Shown: piece by piece, positions 10,412-20,989 of the stretch
How positions within the stretch are numbered: position 1 is the stretch's first letter
How the letters are laid out: every line of letters begins with the position of its first letter
Origin: Alphaproteobacteria bacterium
GTDB taxonomy: Bacteria; Pseudomonadota; Alphaproteobacteria; UBA6615
Reading direction: 5' to 3'
Length of the DNA: 64,000 bases
Assembly (NCBI GenBank): GCA_009694135.1
Contig: SHVS01000008.1
Coordinates: 2,716 to 66,715 of the forward strand
The notes under the pieces: model-generated
Database searches by the model: none
What the model was told of the DNA's origin: nothing
The model's input: only the letters and a program-made list of their open reading frames with translations
Translations under genes and position numbers: made by a program

Positions 10412-11316
10412 ATGACGCCGGCCCATCGCCATCGGCGAGCGCGCGGGCGCGCTCCTGGCTGCGCCGCGTGTTTCGCCGCGGCGCGGATGACGGCGGCACG
10501 GTGCGCGGGGCGATCGCCGGGCTGATCAAACAACGCAACGAAGCCCAGATCGCGCCCGACGAACGGATGCTGATCACCAATGTGCTCGAGCTGCACGGCG
10601 TCACCGCCGCCGATGTGATGGTGCCGCGCGCCGATGTGGTCGCGGTGGCGATCGATACGCCGATGAGCGAGCTGGTGACGGTCATCGGCAAGGAGGCGCA
10701 TTCGCGCCTGCCGGTGTTCCGCGAATCGCTCGACGACGTGGCCGGCATGGTGCACATCAAGGATGTGGTCGTGGCGCAAGGTCGCCAGCCGCCGTCCAAA
10801 TTGGCCGATCTGGTGCGCGAGATCCTGTTCGTCGCGCCGTCGATCCGCGTGCTCGATCTGCTGCTCGAAATGCGCCAGAAGCGCATCCACATGGCGATGG
10901 TGGTCGACGAATACGGCGGCGTCGACGGGCTGGTGACGATCGAGGATCTGGTCGAGGAAATCGTCGGCGAGATCGAGGACGAGCACGACAGCGCGGCCGA
11001 GCTGGTCCTGGTCGAACGCGCCGACGGCACCTTCATCGCCGATGGCCGCACCTCGATCGAGGAGCTCGAAACGCGCATGGGAAAGCTGCTCAGCGAGGAA
11101 GAGCGCGAGGAAGTCGACACCGTCGCCGGACTGGTCATCTATCTGATCGACCGCGTGCCGCGGCGCGGCGAGATCGTGCGCCATCCGTCCGGCCTCGAAT
11201 TCGAGGTGCTGGAGGTCGATCCGCGCCGCATCCGCCGCTTGCGCCTGCGTCGGGGCGCATCCCAAGCGCCCGCCGGGGACGCGACTCCGAACGCAACCGC
11301 GCTGACCAAGGCGTGA
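10408..11316 (+). CDS. CBS-domain hemolysin/CorC-family protein (TlyC-like)
   Basis: It has the CBS pair plus CorC/HlyC C-terminal layout (LITNVLELHGVTAADVMVPR ... HMAMVVDEYGGVDGLVTIEDLVEEIVGEIEDE). The ATG overlaps the ybeY stop (ATGA). Confidence 0.85.
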   Translation: MNDAGPSPSASARARSWLRRVFRRGADDGGTVRGAIAGLIKQRNEAQIAPDERMLITNVLELHGVTAADVMVPRADVVAVAIDTPMSELVTVIGKEAHSRLPVFRESLDDVAGMVHIKDVVVAQGRQPPSKLADLVREILFVAPSIRVLDLLLEMRQKRIHMAMVVDEYGGVDGLVTIEDLVEEIVGEIEDEHDSAAELVLVERADGTFIADGRTSIEELETRMGKLLSEEEREEVDTVAGLVIYLIDRVPRRGEIVRHPSGLEFEVLEVDPRRIRRLRLRRGASQAPAGDATPNATALTKA

Positions 11317-12860
11317 ACCGCCTGCCGGCGCATCTGGCCGCGCTCGGCGGCTGGCGCTTGTGGGCGACGGGCGCGGGACTTGGGTCGCTCGCCACGCTTG
11401 CCCTGCCGCCGTGGAACCTGCTGCCGCTGCTGTTGCCGGCGGTGAGCGGGCTGTTGTGGCTGACGGCCGGGCGAGGCCCGCGCGCGGCGGCGTTCGCCGG
11501 CTGGAGCTTCGGCTGCGGCTTCTTCGCCGCCGGGCTCTATTGGGTCGGCGAGGCGATGCTGGTCGATGCCGCGCGCCACGCCTGGCTGATCCCCTTCGCG
11601 ATCACCGGCCTGGCCGGCGGGCTGGCGCTGTTTCCGGCGGCGGTGATGGCGTGTTTGAGCGCGCTGGAGGCGAGCGGCGCGGTCAAAGGCGCGGCCGCGC
11701 GCTTGCTCGCCTTCGCCGCCTTGTGGGCGCTGGTCGAGTGGCTGCGCGGTTGGGTGTTCACCGGCTTTCCCTGGCAGTTGCTCGCCTATGCTTGGAGCGA
11801 CGTCGCGGCGATGCGGCAGGTGGCGTCGCTGGTCGGCGCTTTCGGCTTGAGCCTGCTGACCGTGGCGATCGCCGGCGCGCCGGTATTGTGGATGGCCAAT
11901 CGCGTCGCGCGCCGCATCGCGGCTGGACTCGTGGCCATGTTGGCGCTGGCCTGGGGCTGGGGCGAGCTACGGATCGACGCTGCGCCCGAAGCGGTGGGCG
12001 GCGCTCGGCTGCGGCTGGTGCAGGGCAATATCGACCAGCGGCTCAAATGGCTGCCGGACAATCGGCTTGAGGTGTTACGCAGCTATCTGCGACTCTCCAG
12101 CGCGCCGAGTGCCGATGGGGTCGCGCCGATCGCCATCCTCTGGCCGGAAACGGCGGTGCCCTTCGCCTTGGCCGAGGACGAGGCCGGCCGCCAGGCGGTG
12201 ATGCGCGAGCTGCCCGCGGGGGCTTCGCTGATCACCGGCATCCAGCGATTCGAGACCCTGCCGGGCGACGAGCGCCGTTTTTACAATAGCATCATCGCGG
12301 TCGCGCTCGGCGGCGCGATCGAGGCCGTCTACGACAAGGAGCATCTGGTGCCGTTCGGCGAATACATGCCGCTGCGCGGGATCCTGCCCTTCGACCGGCT
12401 GGTGCCCGGGATCGGCGATTTCACCCCCGGACCGGGACGCGTGACCTGGCGGCTTACCGGACTGCCGCCGGCCAGCCCGCTGATCTGCTACGAGGCGATC
12501 TTTCCCGGTGCCGCGGTCAACGCGGCCGACCGTCCGGCGTGGCTGTTGAACGTGACCAATGACGGCTGGTTCGGGCTCAGCGCCGGCCCGCCGCAGCATC
12601 TGGCGATCGCCCGCATGCGCGCGGTGGAAGAAGGCGTGCCGCTGATCCGCGTGGCCAATACCGGCATCTCGGCCGCGATCGACGCTTACGGCCGCACCAT
12701 AGGCGCGATCCCGCTCGGCCGCGAAGGCGTGCTCGACGTAACCTTGCCGCCGGCATTGGACGCGCCGCCCCTGTTCGCGCGCGCCGGCAATGCCTTGGCG
12801 CTTGGCCTCGCCCTGATGACTTTGGCGGCGGCCTTCGCCCTGCGCTGCCGCGCGCCCTGA
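11313..12860 (+). CDS. lnt: apolipoprotein N-acyltransferase
   Basis: Multi-TM N-terminal half followed by a CN-hydrolase domain with PLICYEAIFP. GTGA overlap with the preceding gene, in the conserved ybeY-corC-lnt order. Confidence 0.9.
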   Translation: MNRLPAHLAALGGWRLWATGAGLGSLATLALPPWNLLPLLLPAVSGLLWLTAGRGPRAAAFAGWSFGCGFFAAGLYWVGEAMLVDAARHAWLIPFAITGLAGGLALFPAAVMACLSALEASGAVKGAAARLLAFAALWALVEWLRGWVFTGFPWQLLAYAWSDVAAMRQVASLVGAFGLSLLTVAIAGAPVLWMANRVARRIAAGLVAMLALAWGWGELRIDAAPEAVGGARLRLVQGNIDQRLKWLPDNRLEVLRSYLRLSSAPSADGVAPIAILWPETAVPFALAEDEAGRQAVMRELPAGASLITGIQRFETLPGDERRFYNSIIAVALGGAIEAVYDKEHLVPFGEYMPLRGILPFDRLVPGIGDFTPGPGRVTWRLTGLPPASPLICYEAIFPGAAVNAADRPAWLLNVTNDGWFGLSAGPPQHLAIARMRAVEEGVPLIRVANTGISAAIDAYGRTIGAIPLGREGVLDVTLPPALDAPPLFARAGNALALGLALMTLAAAFALRCRAP

Positions 12861-12944
12861 CACCCTAGCTGGCGCGCGCCTTGACGCCGCCGGGGGGGCC
12901 TGCCAAAAGGGCGCGGTTCAGCCAAAAACCTGTCGGGGGGAAAC

Positions 12945-14111
12945 GTGTCCAGGCACCGCCACCTGTTCACCAGCGAGTCGGTATCCGAAGGCCATCCGGA
13001 CAAGGTCTGCGATCGCATATCCGACAGCGTGCTCGATGCGTTCTTGGCCGCCGATCCGCTCAGTCGGGTGGCGTGCGAATCGCTCGTCACCACCAACCGG
13101 ATCGTGATTGCCGGCGAAGTGCGCGGCCCGGCCTCGATGACGCATGAGCGCATCAAGGACGCGGCGCGCAAGGCGGTGCGCGAGATCGGCTATGATCAAG
13201 CCGGATTCGACTGGAAGACGGTCGAGATCGAATGCCTGATCCACTCGCAATCGGCCGATATCGCGCGCGGCGTCGATGCCACCGGCAACAAGGACGAAGG
13301 CGCGGGCGACCAGGGGCTGATGTTCGGCTTCGCCTGCACCGAGACCCCGGTGCTGATGCCGGCCGCGATCCATTTCTCGCACCAGATTTTACGCACCCTG
13401 GCGGCGGACCGGCACGCCGGCCGCGCCAAGGGGATTCTCCCCGACGCCAAGAGCCAGGTGACGCTCGAATATGTCGACGGCCGGCCGATGCGCGCCACCT
13501 CGGTGGTGGTTTCGACGCAGCATGAGGCGCGGCTCGACCAGGACGAGGTGCGCGAGATCGTGCGCCCGCATGTGCTCAAGGCACTGCCTGAAGGCTGGAT
13601 GTGTCCGGAGGAAGAATTCTACGTCAATCCGACCGGGCGTTTCGTCATCGGCGGCCCGGATGGCGACTGCGGCCTAACCGGACGCAAGATCATCGTCGAT
13701 TCCTATGGTGGCGCCGCACCGCATGGCGGCGGCGCGTTTTCCGGCAAGGACCCGACCAAGGTCGACCGCTCGGCCGCTTATGCCGCGCGCTACCTGGCGA
13801 AAAACGTCGTCGGAGCCGGGCTGGCGGAGCGCTGCCAGATCCAGCTCGCCTATGCGATCGGCGTCGCGCGGCCGCTGTCGGTCTATGTCGAATGCTTCGG
13901 CACCGAACGGGTCGATGAGGAAAAACTCTCCACCCGCTTGCAAGAGCTGGTCGATCTGCGCCCGCGCGGCATCCGCGAGCATCTGAAGCTCAACCGCCCG
14001 ATCTATACCCCGACCTCGTCCTACGGGCATTTTGGGCGCGAGCCGACCGCCGACGGCGCCTTCTCCTGGGAAAAGCTCGACCTGGTGGACGAGCTGCGCC
14101 GCTCGTTCTGA
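12945..14111 (+). CDS. metK: S-adenosylmethionine synthase
   Basis: [20 protein letters not shown] and [16 protein letters not shown] motifs; 388 aa; GTG start. Confidence 0.97.
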   Translation: MSRHRHLFTSESVSEGHPDKVCDRISDSVLDAFLAADPLSRVACESLVTTNRIVIAGEVRGPASMTHERIKDAARKAVREIGYDQAGFDWKTVEIECLIHSQSADIARGVDATGNKDEGAGDQGLMFGFACTETPVLMPAAIHFSHQILRTLAADRHAGRAKGILPDAKSQVTLEYVDGRPMRATSVVVSTQHEARLDQDEVREIVRPHVLKALPEGWMCPEEEFYVNPTGRFVIGGPDGDCGLTGRKIIVDSYGGAAPHGGGAFSGKDPTKVDRSAAYAARYLAKNVVGAGLAERCQIQLAYAIGVARPLSVYVECFGTERVDEEKLSTRLQELVDLRPRGIREHLKLNRPIYTPTSSYGHFGREPTADGAFSWEKLDLVDELRRSF

Positions 14112-14117
14112 TAGGCG

Positions 14118-14846
14118 GTGAGCGCGTCCGACGCTGACGCCCGCGACCCTGGACCGCGCTATTACGGCCGGCGCAGGGGGCGGCGGCTCCGCGCCAGCCG
14201 CGCGGCGCTGTTGGCCGCGCCGCTCGCCCGGCTGGATATCTCCCCGGCTCTGGCGCAAGCCTCCCCCGGCACGCTCGATCCGAACGGCCTGTTCGATCCC
14301 GCGCCGGCGCAGGTATGGCTTGAGCTCGGCTTCGGCGGCGGCGAGCATCTGGCCGAGCAGGCCGCGGCGCATCCCGGTATCGGCTTCATCGGCGTCGAGC
14401 CCTACCTCAACGGCCTGGCCGCCTGCGTGCAGCGGCTTGCGGCCGAGCGCCTGACCAATGTCCGCCTGCTGCCCAACCCGGCCGAGGCGCTGCTGACGGC
14501 CTTGGCGCCGGCCTCGATCGGGCGGTTGTTCGTGCTGTTTTCCGACCCCTGGCCGAAGGCGCGCCACGCCCGCCGCCGCCTGCTGCGGCCGGAGACTCTG
14601 GCCGAATTCGCCCGCATCCTGGCCGATGGCGCCGAATTGCGGTTGGCGAGCGACGATCCCGGCTATCTGCGCTGGATGCTCACCCATATGACCGCGCACC
14701 CGGACTTCGCCTGGACCGCGCGCAAGCCGCAGGATTTTCTGCTCCGGCCGGAGGACTGGCCGCCGACGCGTTACGAGGCCAAGGCGCTGGCCGCCGGGCG
14801 CACGCCGGTGTTCCTCCGCTTCCTGCGCCGGGCGCGAATTGGCTGA
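14118..14846 (+). CDS. trmB: tRNA (guanine46-N7)-methyltransferase
   Basis: SAM-methyltransferase motif LELGFGGGEHL and FSDPWPKARH, typical of TrmB. Confidence 0.88.
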   Translation: MSASDADARDPGPRYYGRRRGRRLRASRAALLAAPLARLDISPALAQASPGTLDPNGLFDPAPAQVWLELGFGGGEHLAEQAAAHPGIGFIGVEPYLNGLAACVQRLAAERLTNVRLLPNPAEALLTALAPASIGRLFVLFSDPWPKARHARRRLLRPETLAEFARILADGAELRLASDDPGYLRWMLTHMTAHPDFAWTARKPQDFLLRPEDWPPTRYEAKALAAGRTPVFLRFLRRARIG

Positions 14847-14863
14847 GGCGGGCGGTTTTGCGC

Positions 14864-14891
14864 TTGCGGGCGGGCGTCAAATCCCTATATT
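14864..14891 (+). promoter_or_regulatory. candidate sigma70-type promoter (TTGCGG-16 nt-TATATT) upstream of the rimP-nusA-infB operon
   Basis: The hexamers sit at 14864-14869 and 14886-14891 in the trmB-rimP spacer. The -10 is the only AT-rich hexamer in the spacer. Confidence 0.4.
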
Positions 14892-14934
14892 GCCGGCAAG
14901 ATCAATGCCTGATGGTCCGGCGACGGACTTAACA

Positions 14935-14967
14935 GGGTGGCCCCGGAAGGGCCGCTCTTTTTTGTTT
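14935..14967 (+). terminator. intrinsic terminator/attenuator in the rimP leader
   Basis: Stem GGGUGGCCC/GGGCCGCUC with a core of 5 GC pairs plus GU-containing extensions, loop CGGAA, followed by UUUUUUGUUU. It lies 57 nt upstream of the rimP ATG. Confidence 0.6.
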
Positions 14968-15023
14968 CTGGCCGGGCGCGGGCGCTGGAAACAAGCGACG
15001 TGCATGACGCCCGGGAGCGCGAG

Positions 15024-15557
15024 ATGCAGAGCGAGAGCGAGGAAGCGGGCCAAGTCGCCGCGCTGATCGCCGCGCCGCTCGCCGCGCTCGGTTTCGAGCT
15101 GGTGCGCGTCGTGGTCAGCGGGCGCAATCGGCGCCGGCTCGAAGTGATGATCGAACGCGCCGGCGGCGGCTCGGTCAATCTCGACGACTGCGCGCTTGCT
15201 AGCCGGTCGATATCGGCGCTGCTCGATGTCGAAGACCCGATCGCGGGCGCTTACGACCTCGAAGTCGGCTCGCCGGGGATCGATCGCCCGCTCACCCGGG
15301 CGCAGGATTTCGAGCGTTTTGTTGGCGCTCCGGTGCGCGTTGAACTGACCGCGCCGCAGGATGGCCGCAAGCGCTTCAAGGGCCGGCTCCTGGGCTTGGC
15401 GCCGGGCGGCGCTTCGGCGCGGATCGAAGACGACGGGCAGGTCGTTGACCTGCCGCTGGCGCGGATCGCGCGCGCCAGGCTAGCGATGAGCGATGCCCTG
15501 GGCCCGCAGCCCAAGCCGAGCGCGAAGCAGCGCAAACGGTCGGGCGAGGACGCGTAA
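15024..15557 (+). CDS. rimP: ribosome maturation factor RimP
   Basis: Its position directly upstream of nusA and the sequence (LIAAPLAALGFELVRV ... YDLEVGSPGIDRPL) match RimP. I set the start at ATG 15024 because the upstream extension would run through the terminator hairpin. Confidence 0.88.
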   Translation: MQSESEEAGQVAALIAAPLAALGFELVRVVVSGRNRRRLEVMIERAGGGSVNLDDCALASRSISALLDVEDPIAGAYDLEVGSPGIDRPLTRAQDFERFVGAPVRVELTAPQDGRKRFKGRLLGLAPGGASARIEDDGQVVDLPLARIARARLAMSDALGPQPKPSAKQRKRSGEDA

Positions 15558-15616
15558 GGGGTCGCAACGGCCCGCCCAGACTGGCTTGTCGGGGACACGA
15601 GGAGAGACCGATCACG

Positions 15617-17275
15617 ATGGCCACCGAATCGAGCGCCGCACCGAGCCGCCTGGAAATGCTTGCCGTCGCCGACGCCGTCGCGCGCGAGAAGGGGATCGAT
15701 CGCGCCGAGGTGCTGCAGGCCATGGAACAGGCGATCCAGAAGGCCGCGCGCGCCAAATACGGGCACGAACACGATATCCGCGCGCAAGTCGACAGCGCGA
15801 CCGGCGAGATCAAGCTGCAACGCTGGCGGCAGATCGTTGAAGACGGCGCGCCGATCGAAAACGAATCCGCGCAGGTGCCGCTCAAGCGCGCCCTGCGCGA
15901 AAAGGACGACGCCGCCGTCGGCGAGTTCCTGGTCGACAACCTGCCGCCGATCGATTTCGGGCGCATCGCCGCCCAGACCGCGAAGCAGGTCATCGTCCAA
16001 CGCGTGCGCGAAGCCGAACGCGAGCGCCAGTTCAGCGAATACAAGGACAAGGTCGGACAGATCGCCAACGGCATCGTCAAGCGGGTCGAGTATCGCAACG
16101 TCACCGTCGATCTGGGCAAGGCGGAAGCGATCATCCGCCACGAGGAGGTGCTGCCGCGCGAGAGTTTCCGCACCGGCGATCGCGTGCGCGCCTATATCTA
16201 TGACGTGCGCCGCGAAACGCGCGGCCCGCAGATTTTCATGACCCGCACGCGGCCGGAATTCATGGCCGAGCTGTTCAAGGCCGAGGTGCCGGAAATCTAC
16301 GACAAGATCATCGAGATCAAATCGGTGGCGCGCGACCCGGGCAGCCGGGCGAAGATCGCCGTCGTTTCCATGGACAACTCGATCGATCCGGTCGGCGCCT
16401 GCGTCGGCATGCGCGGCTCGCGCGTGCAGGCGGTGGTCGGCGAGCTGCAGGGCGAAAAGATCGACATCATCCCGTGGTCGAGCAATGCGGCCACCTTCGT
16501 CGTCAACGCGCTCGCGCCGGCCGAAGTGGCCAAGGTCGTGCTCGACGAAGAAACGCGCAAAATCGAAGTCGTGGTGCCAGAGAATCAGCTCTCGCTCGCC
16601 ATCGGCCGGCGCGGACAAAACGTCCGCCTGGCGTCAATGCTGACCAAATGGGATATCGACATTTTGACCGAAGACGAAGAGTCGCGCCGCCGGCAGGAAG
16701 AATTCGCGAGCAAGACCGAGATGTTCATCGACGCGCTCGATGTCGAGGATTTGATCGCGCAACTGCTCGTCACCGAAGGATTCACCACCGTCGAGGAAGT
16801 CGCCTATGTTCCGCTGGAGGAACTGGCGGCGATCGAAAGCTTCGGCCAGAAAATGGCCGAGCAGCTGCAGGAACGGGCGCTGGTCTGGATCGCCGTGCGC
16901 AACGCCGAACTCGACACCAAGCGGCGCGAGCTCGGGGTCGATGACGCCGTCGCCGCGCTTGAAGGCTTGTGGCCGGAGCATCTGGTCACGCTCGGCGAAG
17001 CTGGGGTGAAGGCGCTCGACGATGTGGCCGATCTAATCGGCGACGAGCTGCGCTTCCTCTTGCTGCCCGACAAGGGCAACCAGACGCTCGACGGGTTGGC
17101 GCAACTGGACCCGACCAAGGTCGAGCGGCTGCTGGCGCCGTCGCCGCTCGGCGCGGCCGAGGCGGATGCGATCGTCATGGCGGCGCGCAAGCGCTGGTTC
17201 CCGACCGAATCGCCGGCGGCTTCCGTCACTGCGCCGCGAGCCGCCGATGCGGCTTCGCCGCGAGACGGGGCGTGA
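15617..17275 (+). CDS. nusA: transcription termination/antitermination factor NusA
   Basis: 552 aa with an S1/KH region (IVKRVEYRNVTVDLGK; DPVGACVGMRGSRVQ; LAIGRRGQNVRLAS). A GGAGAG Shine-Dalgarno lies upstream. Confidence 0.97.
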   Translation: MATESSAAPSRLEMLAVADAVAREKGIDRAEVLQAMEQAIQKAARAKYGHEHDIRAQVDSATGEIKLQRWRQIVEDGAPIENESAQVPLKRALREKDDAAVGEFLVDNLPPIDFGRIAAQTAKQVIVQRVREAERERQFSEYKDKVGQIANGIVKRVEYRNVTVDLGKAEAIIRHEEVLPRESFRTGDRVRAYIYDVRRETRGPQIFMTRTRPEFMAELFKAEVPEIYDKIIEIKSVARDPGSRAKIAVVSMDNSIDPVGACVGMRGSRVQAVVGELQGEKIDIIPWSSNAATFVVNALAPAEVAKVVLDEETRKIEVVVPENQLSLAIGRRGQNVRLASMLTKWDIDILTEDEESRRRQEEFASKTEMFIDALDVEDLIAQLLVTEGFTTVEEVAYVPLEELAAIESFGQKMAEQLQERALVWIAVRNAELDTKRRELGVDDAVAALEGLWPEHLVTLGEAGVKALDDVADLIGDELRFLLLPDKGNQTLDGLAQLDPTKVERLLAPSPLGAAEADAIVMAARKRWFPTESPAASVTAPRAADAASPRDGA

Positions 17276-17282
17276 CCGGAGA

Positions 17283-17903
17283 ATGTCCCCTTCGGTCCAA
17301 GCTGGGGCGGCGGAAAATCCCGCGCGCCCGGCGCCTGAGCGGCGCTGCATCCTCTCGGGCGAGACTGGCCCGCGCGCGGCGCTGATCCGTTTCGTCCTGT
17401 CGCCATCGGGCGAGATCGTGCCCGATGTCGCCGGGCGGTTGCCGGGGCGTGGAATGTGGCTGCTCGCCCAGCGGCCGACCTTGGAAGAAGCGGCGCGGCG
17501 CAATCCCTTCGCGCGCGTGCTCAAGCGCCCGGTCTCGGTCGGCGCTGATTTGCCGGGACTGACCGAAAGTCTTTTGCTGCGGCGGTGCCTGGACTTCGTG
17601 TCGCTGGCGCGCCGCGCGGGGCAAGCGACCGCCGGCTATGAAGCCGTCGTCGAGGCGCTGCGTAAGGTTCCGCCCGGCGGTCTGCTGCTCGCGGCGCGCG
17701 ACGCCGGCGCCGATGGACGCGCCAAGCTGGCGCAGTTCCAAGGTTCCGGCCTGCGCGTTGTCGCTGCGCTGTCGGCCGAGGAAATCGGCGGGATTTTCGG
17801 CCGCGCGCGCGTCGTCATCGCTTTGATCGCTCCCGGTAGGCTCGCCGATCGCTTGGTAGGCGAAGGCGCACGGCTTGCCGGAGTGCGGCCCCTGGCCGCA
17901 TGA
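17283..17903 (+). CDS. YlxR-like (DUF448) RNA-binding protein fused to an L7Ae/YlxQ-like C-terminal half
   Basis: [10 protein letters not shown]...LIRFVLSP...[10 protein letters not shown] is the DUF448 signature. It lies between nusA and infB, where ylxR/ylxQ sit in other bacteria. Confidence 0.8.
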   Translation: MSPSVQAGAAENPARPAPERRCILSGETGPRAALIRFVLSPSGEIVPDVAGRLPGRGMWLLAQRPTLEEAARRNPFARVLKRPVSVGADLPGLTESLLLRRCLDFVSLARRAGQATAGYEAVVEALRKVPPGGLLLAARDAGADGRAKLAQFQGSGLRVVAALSAEEIGGIFGRARVVIALIAPGRLADRLVGEGARLAGVRPLAA

Positions 17904-17958
17904 TGTACCCACACGCCCTTTCGTTCACGCTCGAGCCTTCGTCGGGAAGATTATAAAT

Positions 17959-20547
17959 ATGGCCGATCCGCAGGACACGACCGACACCAACGACACTGAC
18001 GGCGATGCACGCGCGGCGGCTAAGCTCGACAAGCTCGGCCGCTTCGAGGGACGCCGCACCGTCGAAACCGGCCAGGTGAAGCAGCTCTTCAGCCACGGGC
18101 GGACCAAAACCGTCGTGGTCGAGACGAAGAAGAGGCGCGGCATCGGCGGCGCGCTGTCCTCGGCTCCGGCCGATCCGTTCAAGCCGCAGAAGCCGGCCCC
18201 GGCCGCTGTCCAGGCGCCCGTATCGCAGACTGAACCGGCCCCGATGACCGATCCGCGGGAGCCGATCAGCGACGCCGAACGCGCGCGGCGCAAGGAAGCG
18301 CTCAAGGACGCGCTTAAATCGGCCGAAGTCGCCAAGAAGGTTTCCGAAGTGCAAGCGGTCGAGCAGGCCTTGCGCCAAGCGCAGGAAGCCGAAATCGCCG
18401 CGCGCGAGGCGGAGCGCAAGCGTAAAGAGCAGGACGAAGAGCAGCGCAAGATCAAGAACAGCAAGACGGCGGTGGCCGAAGATGACACGCGCGATATCGC
18501 CAATCGGGCGGCGCAGCGCGCGGTCGAACTCGAACAGCGGCGCACCGGCCATGGCCCGGCGGAAGAGCCCGAGGAGGCGCGTCCCGGCCGCAAGGTCAAG
18601 CCGGGCGCCACAGCGCGGCCGGCCCCGAAGGCCCAGGAGCCGGCCCGCCGCCAGGTCAAGCTGACCGTCAGCGAGGCGACTTCGGAAGAGAGCGAGGGGC
18701 GCATGCGCTCGGTCGCCGCCTTCCGCCGCCGGCTGGGGAAGGAACGCCGCGCCAAGATCTTCGCGCCCGGCATCCCGGCGCAAAAAGTGCTGCGCGAAGT
18801 CGTGGTGCCCGAGGCGATCACCGTCGCCGAACTCGCCAACCGCATGGCCGAGCGATCGAGCGAAGTGATCAAGGCGTTGATGAAAAACGGCGTCATGGCC
18901 ACCATCAACCAGACGATCGACCAAGACACGGCCGAGCTGATCGCCAGCGAATTCGGCCATAAGGTCAAGCGCGTGGCCGCCGCCGATGTCGAAACCGGAC
19001 TGGGCGGCACGGCGGATGCCGCCGATCCGCTGGCCGAGTCGCGCCCGCCGGTCGTGACCATCATGGGCCACGTCGACCACGGGAAGACTTCGCTGCTCGA
19101 CGCGCTGCGCGAGACCGATGTCGCCGCGCATGAGGCCGGCGGCATCACGCAGCACATCGGCGCCTATCAGGTGGTAACCAAGGCGGGCAAGCGGATCACC
19201 TTCCTCGATACGCCCGGCCATGAAGCCTTCACCGCCATGCGCAAGCGCGGTGCGCAGGTGACCGATATCGTCGTGCTGGTGGTCGCGGCCGATGACGGCG
19301 TGCAGCCGCAAACAATCGAGGCGCTCAACCACGCGCGCGCGGCCAAGGCGCCGCTCATCATCGCCATCAACAAGATTGATAAGCCCGACGCCAATGCGAT
19401 GAAGGTGAAAACCGATCTGCTGAAATACGAGATCGTCACTGAATCCATGGGCGGCGAAACCCAGGCCATCGAAGTATCGGCCCTGAAAAAGATCGGCCTC
19501 GACAAACTGGAAGAAGCGATCTTGCTGCAAGCCGAAGTGCTCGACCTGCGCGCCAATCCGACGCGCGCCGCCGTCGGCACGGTGATCGAAGCCAAGCTCG
19601 ACCGCGGCCGTGGCGCGGTCGCGACCGTGCTGGTGCAACGCGGCACGCTCAAGGCCGGCGACATCTGCGTCGCCGGCACGGAAATCGGGCGCGTGCGCGC
19701 GCTCAGCGACCACCGTGGAAACTCGTTGCAAAGCGCCGGCCCGTCGATGCCGGTCGAGGTGCAAGGTCTGGGCGGCGTGCCGCTCGCCGGCGATGGTTTC
19801 GTCGTCGTCGAGAGCGAGGCGCGGGCGCGCGAAGTGACCGAGTTCCGCCAGGCGCAACTGCGCGACAAGCGGGCGGTGACCGGTGCGCGCGGCACGCTCG
19901 AACAGATGTTCACCAAGCTCAAGGAAGGCGTCGCCGCCGAAGTGCCGGTGCTCATCAAGTCCGATGTGCAGGGTTCGGCGGAAGCGATCGCCGCGGCGCT
20001 GGAAAAACTCGGCACCGGCGAAGTCAGTGTGCGCGTGATGCATGCCGCGGTCGGCGGCATCACCGAATCCGACGTCGCGCTTGCCGGCTCCTCGGGCGGG
20101 CTGATCATCGGCTTCAACGTGCGCGCCAATCCGCAGGCGCGCGATCTGGCCAAGCGGGATGCGGTTGATATCCGCTACTATTCGATCATCTACGAGATCA
20201 TCGAGGACGTGAAGGCGCTGATGAGCGGCAAGTTGCGCCCGACCGTGACCGAGCACGCGCTCGGCCAGGCGCAAGTGCGCGAAGTGTTCACCGTCTCCAA
20301 GGTCGGCAAGATCGCCGGCTGCATGGTCACGCAAGGCATCATCAAGCGCGGCGGCAAAGTACGGCTCCTGCGCGACAGCGTGGTGGTGCATGAAGGCTCG
20401 CTGTCGAGCCTGAAGCGCTTCAAGGAAGACGCGCGCGAGGTGCGTGAGGGCTTCGAATGCGGCATCGGCATCGAGGGCTTTAACGACCTCAAGCAGGGCG
20501 ATGTGATCGAGTGCTACGAGGTGCAGTCGGTTGAGCGGACGCTTTAA
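17959..20547 (+). CDS. infB: translation initiation factor IF-2
   Basis: Charged K/E/A-rich N-terminus and a GTPase domain ([26 protein letters not shown]). I chose the ATG at 17959. Confidence 0.97.
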   Translation: MADPQDTTDTNDTDGDARAAAKLDKLGRFEGRRTVETGQVKQLFSHGRTKTVVVETKKRRGIGGALSSAPADPFKPQKPAPAAVQAPVSQTEPAPMTDPREPISDAERARRKEALKDALKSAEVAKKVSEVQAVEQALRQAQEAEIAAREAERKRKEQDEEQRKIKNSKTAVAEDDTRDIANRAAQRAVELEQRRTGHGPAEEPEEARPGRKVKPGATARPAPKAQEPARRQVKLTVSEATSEESEGRMRSVAAFRRRLGKERRAKIFAPGIPAQKVLREVVVPEAITVAELANRMAERSSEVIKALMKNGVMATINQTIDQDTAELIASEFGHKVKRVAAADVETGLGGTADAADPLAESRPPVVTIMGHVDHGKTSLLDALRETDVAAHEAGGITQHIGAYQVVTKAGKRITFLDTPGHEAFTAMRKRGAQVTDIVVLVVAADDGVQPQTIEALNHARAAKAPLIIAINKIDKPDANAMKVKTDLLKYEIVTESMGGETQAIEVSALKKIGLDKLEEAILLQAEVLDLRANPTRAAVGTVIEAKLDRGRGAVATVLVQRGTLKAGDICVAGTEIGRVRALSDHRGNSLQSAGPSMPVEVQGLGGVPLAGDGFVVVESEARAREVTEFRQAQLRDKRAVTGARGTLEQMFTKLKEGVAAEVPVLIKSDVQGSAEAIAAALEKLGTGEVSVRVMHAAVGGITESDVALAGSSGGLIIGFNVRANPQARDLAKRDAVDIRYYSIIYEIIEDVKALMSGKLRPTVTEHALGQAQVREVFTVSKVGKIAGCMVTQGIIKRGGKVRLLRDSVVVHEGSLSSLKRFKEDAREVREGFECGIGIEGFNDLKQGDVIECYEVQSVERTL

Positions 20548-20989
20548 AAGCGCCGCGCCGCGCCGCGGAGGCGGCGGGCAGCGGCTGCTGCGCGTCGGCG
20601 AGGAGCTGCGCCACGCGCTGGCGGCGATCATCCAGCGCGGCGAGCTTAAGGATCACGCGCTGATCGGTCGCTCGATCACCGTGACCGAAGTCAAGGTCGC
20701 GCCCGACATCAAGCATGCGACCGTGTTCGTGACGCCGCTGGGCGGCGTCGATGCGGGCGGGACGGATTCGGCCGAACTGCTCGCGGCGCTGGGCCGGGCG
20801 CAGGCTTTCCTGCGCGCGCGGCTGGCCGAGGAGGTGCAGCTCAGATTCGCGCCACGGCTCAGCTTCCAGCTCGATCCGCGCTTCGAGGCGACCAAGGCGA
20901 TCGAGACTTTGCTGCGCAGCGACAAGGTGCAGCGCGACTTATCCGCCGGCACGGAACCGGAGGATGGGGAGCCGGGCGATGGGGCGTAA
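20531..20989 (+). CDS. rbfA: ribosome-binding factor A
   Basis: [15 protein letters not shown]... immediately after infB. The TTG start overlaps the infB end. Confidence 0.88.
   Translation: MSGRFKSAAPRRGGGGQRLLRVGEELRHALAAIIQRGELKDHALIGRSITVTEVKVAPDIKHATVFVTPLGGVDAGGTDSAELLAALGRAQAFLRARLAEEVQLRFAPRLSFQLDPRFEATKAIETLLRSDKVQRDLSAGTEPEDGEPGDGA

Noticed and set aside
12861-12944. Possible SAM riboswitch in the metK leader
   Set aside because: I could not recognise SAM-II, SAM-V or SAM/SAH core sequences or a convincing pseudoknot in the 84-nt leader. Only a TTGACG hexamer and a G-rich Shine-Dalgarno stand out. A covariance-model scan would settle it.
17815-20631. 938-aa ORF on the minus strand covering all of infB
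   Set aside because: It is antisense to a gene with unmistakable IF-2 motifs. The translation is Arg/Ala/Gly/His-rich low complexity with no motif. This is a typical shadow ORF of high-GC DNA, where stop codons are rare in the antisense frame.
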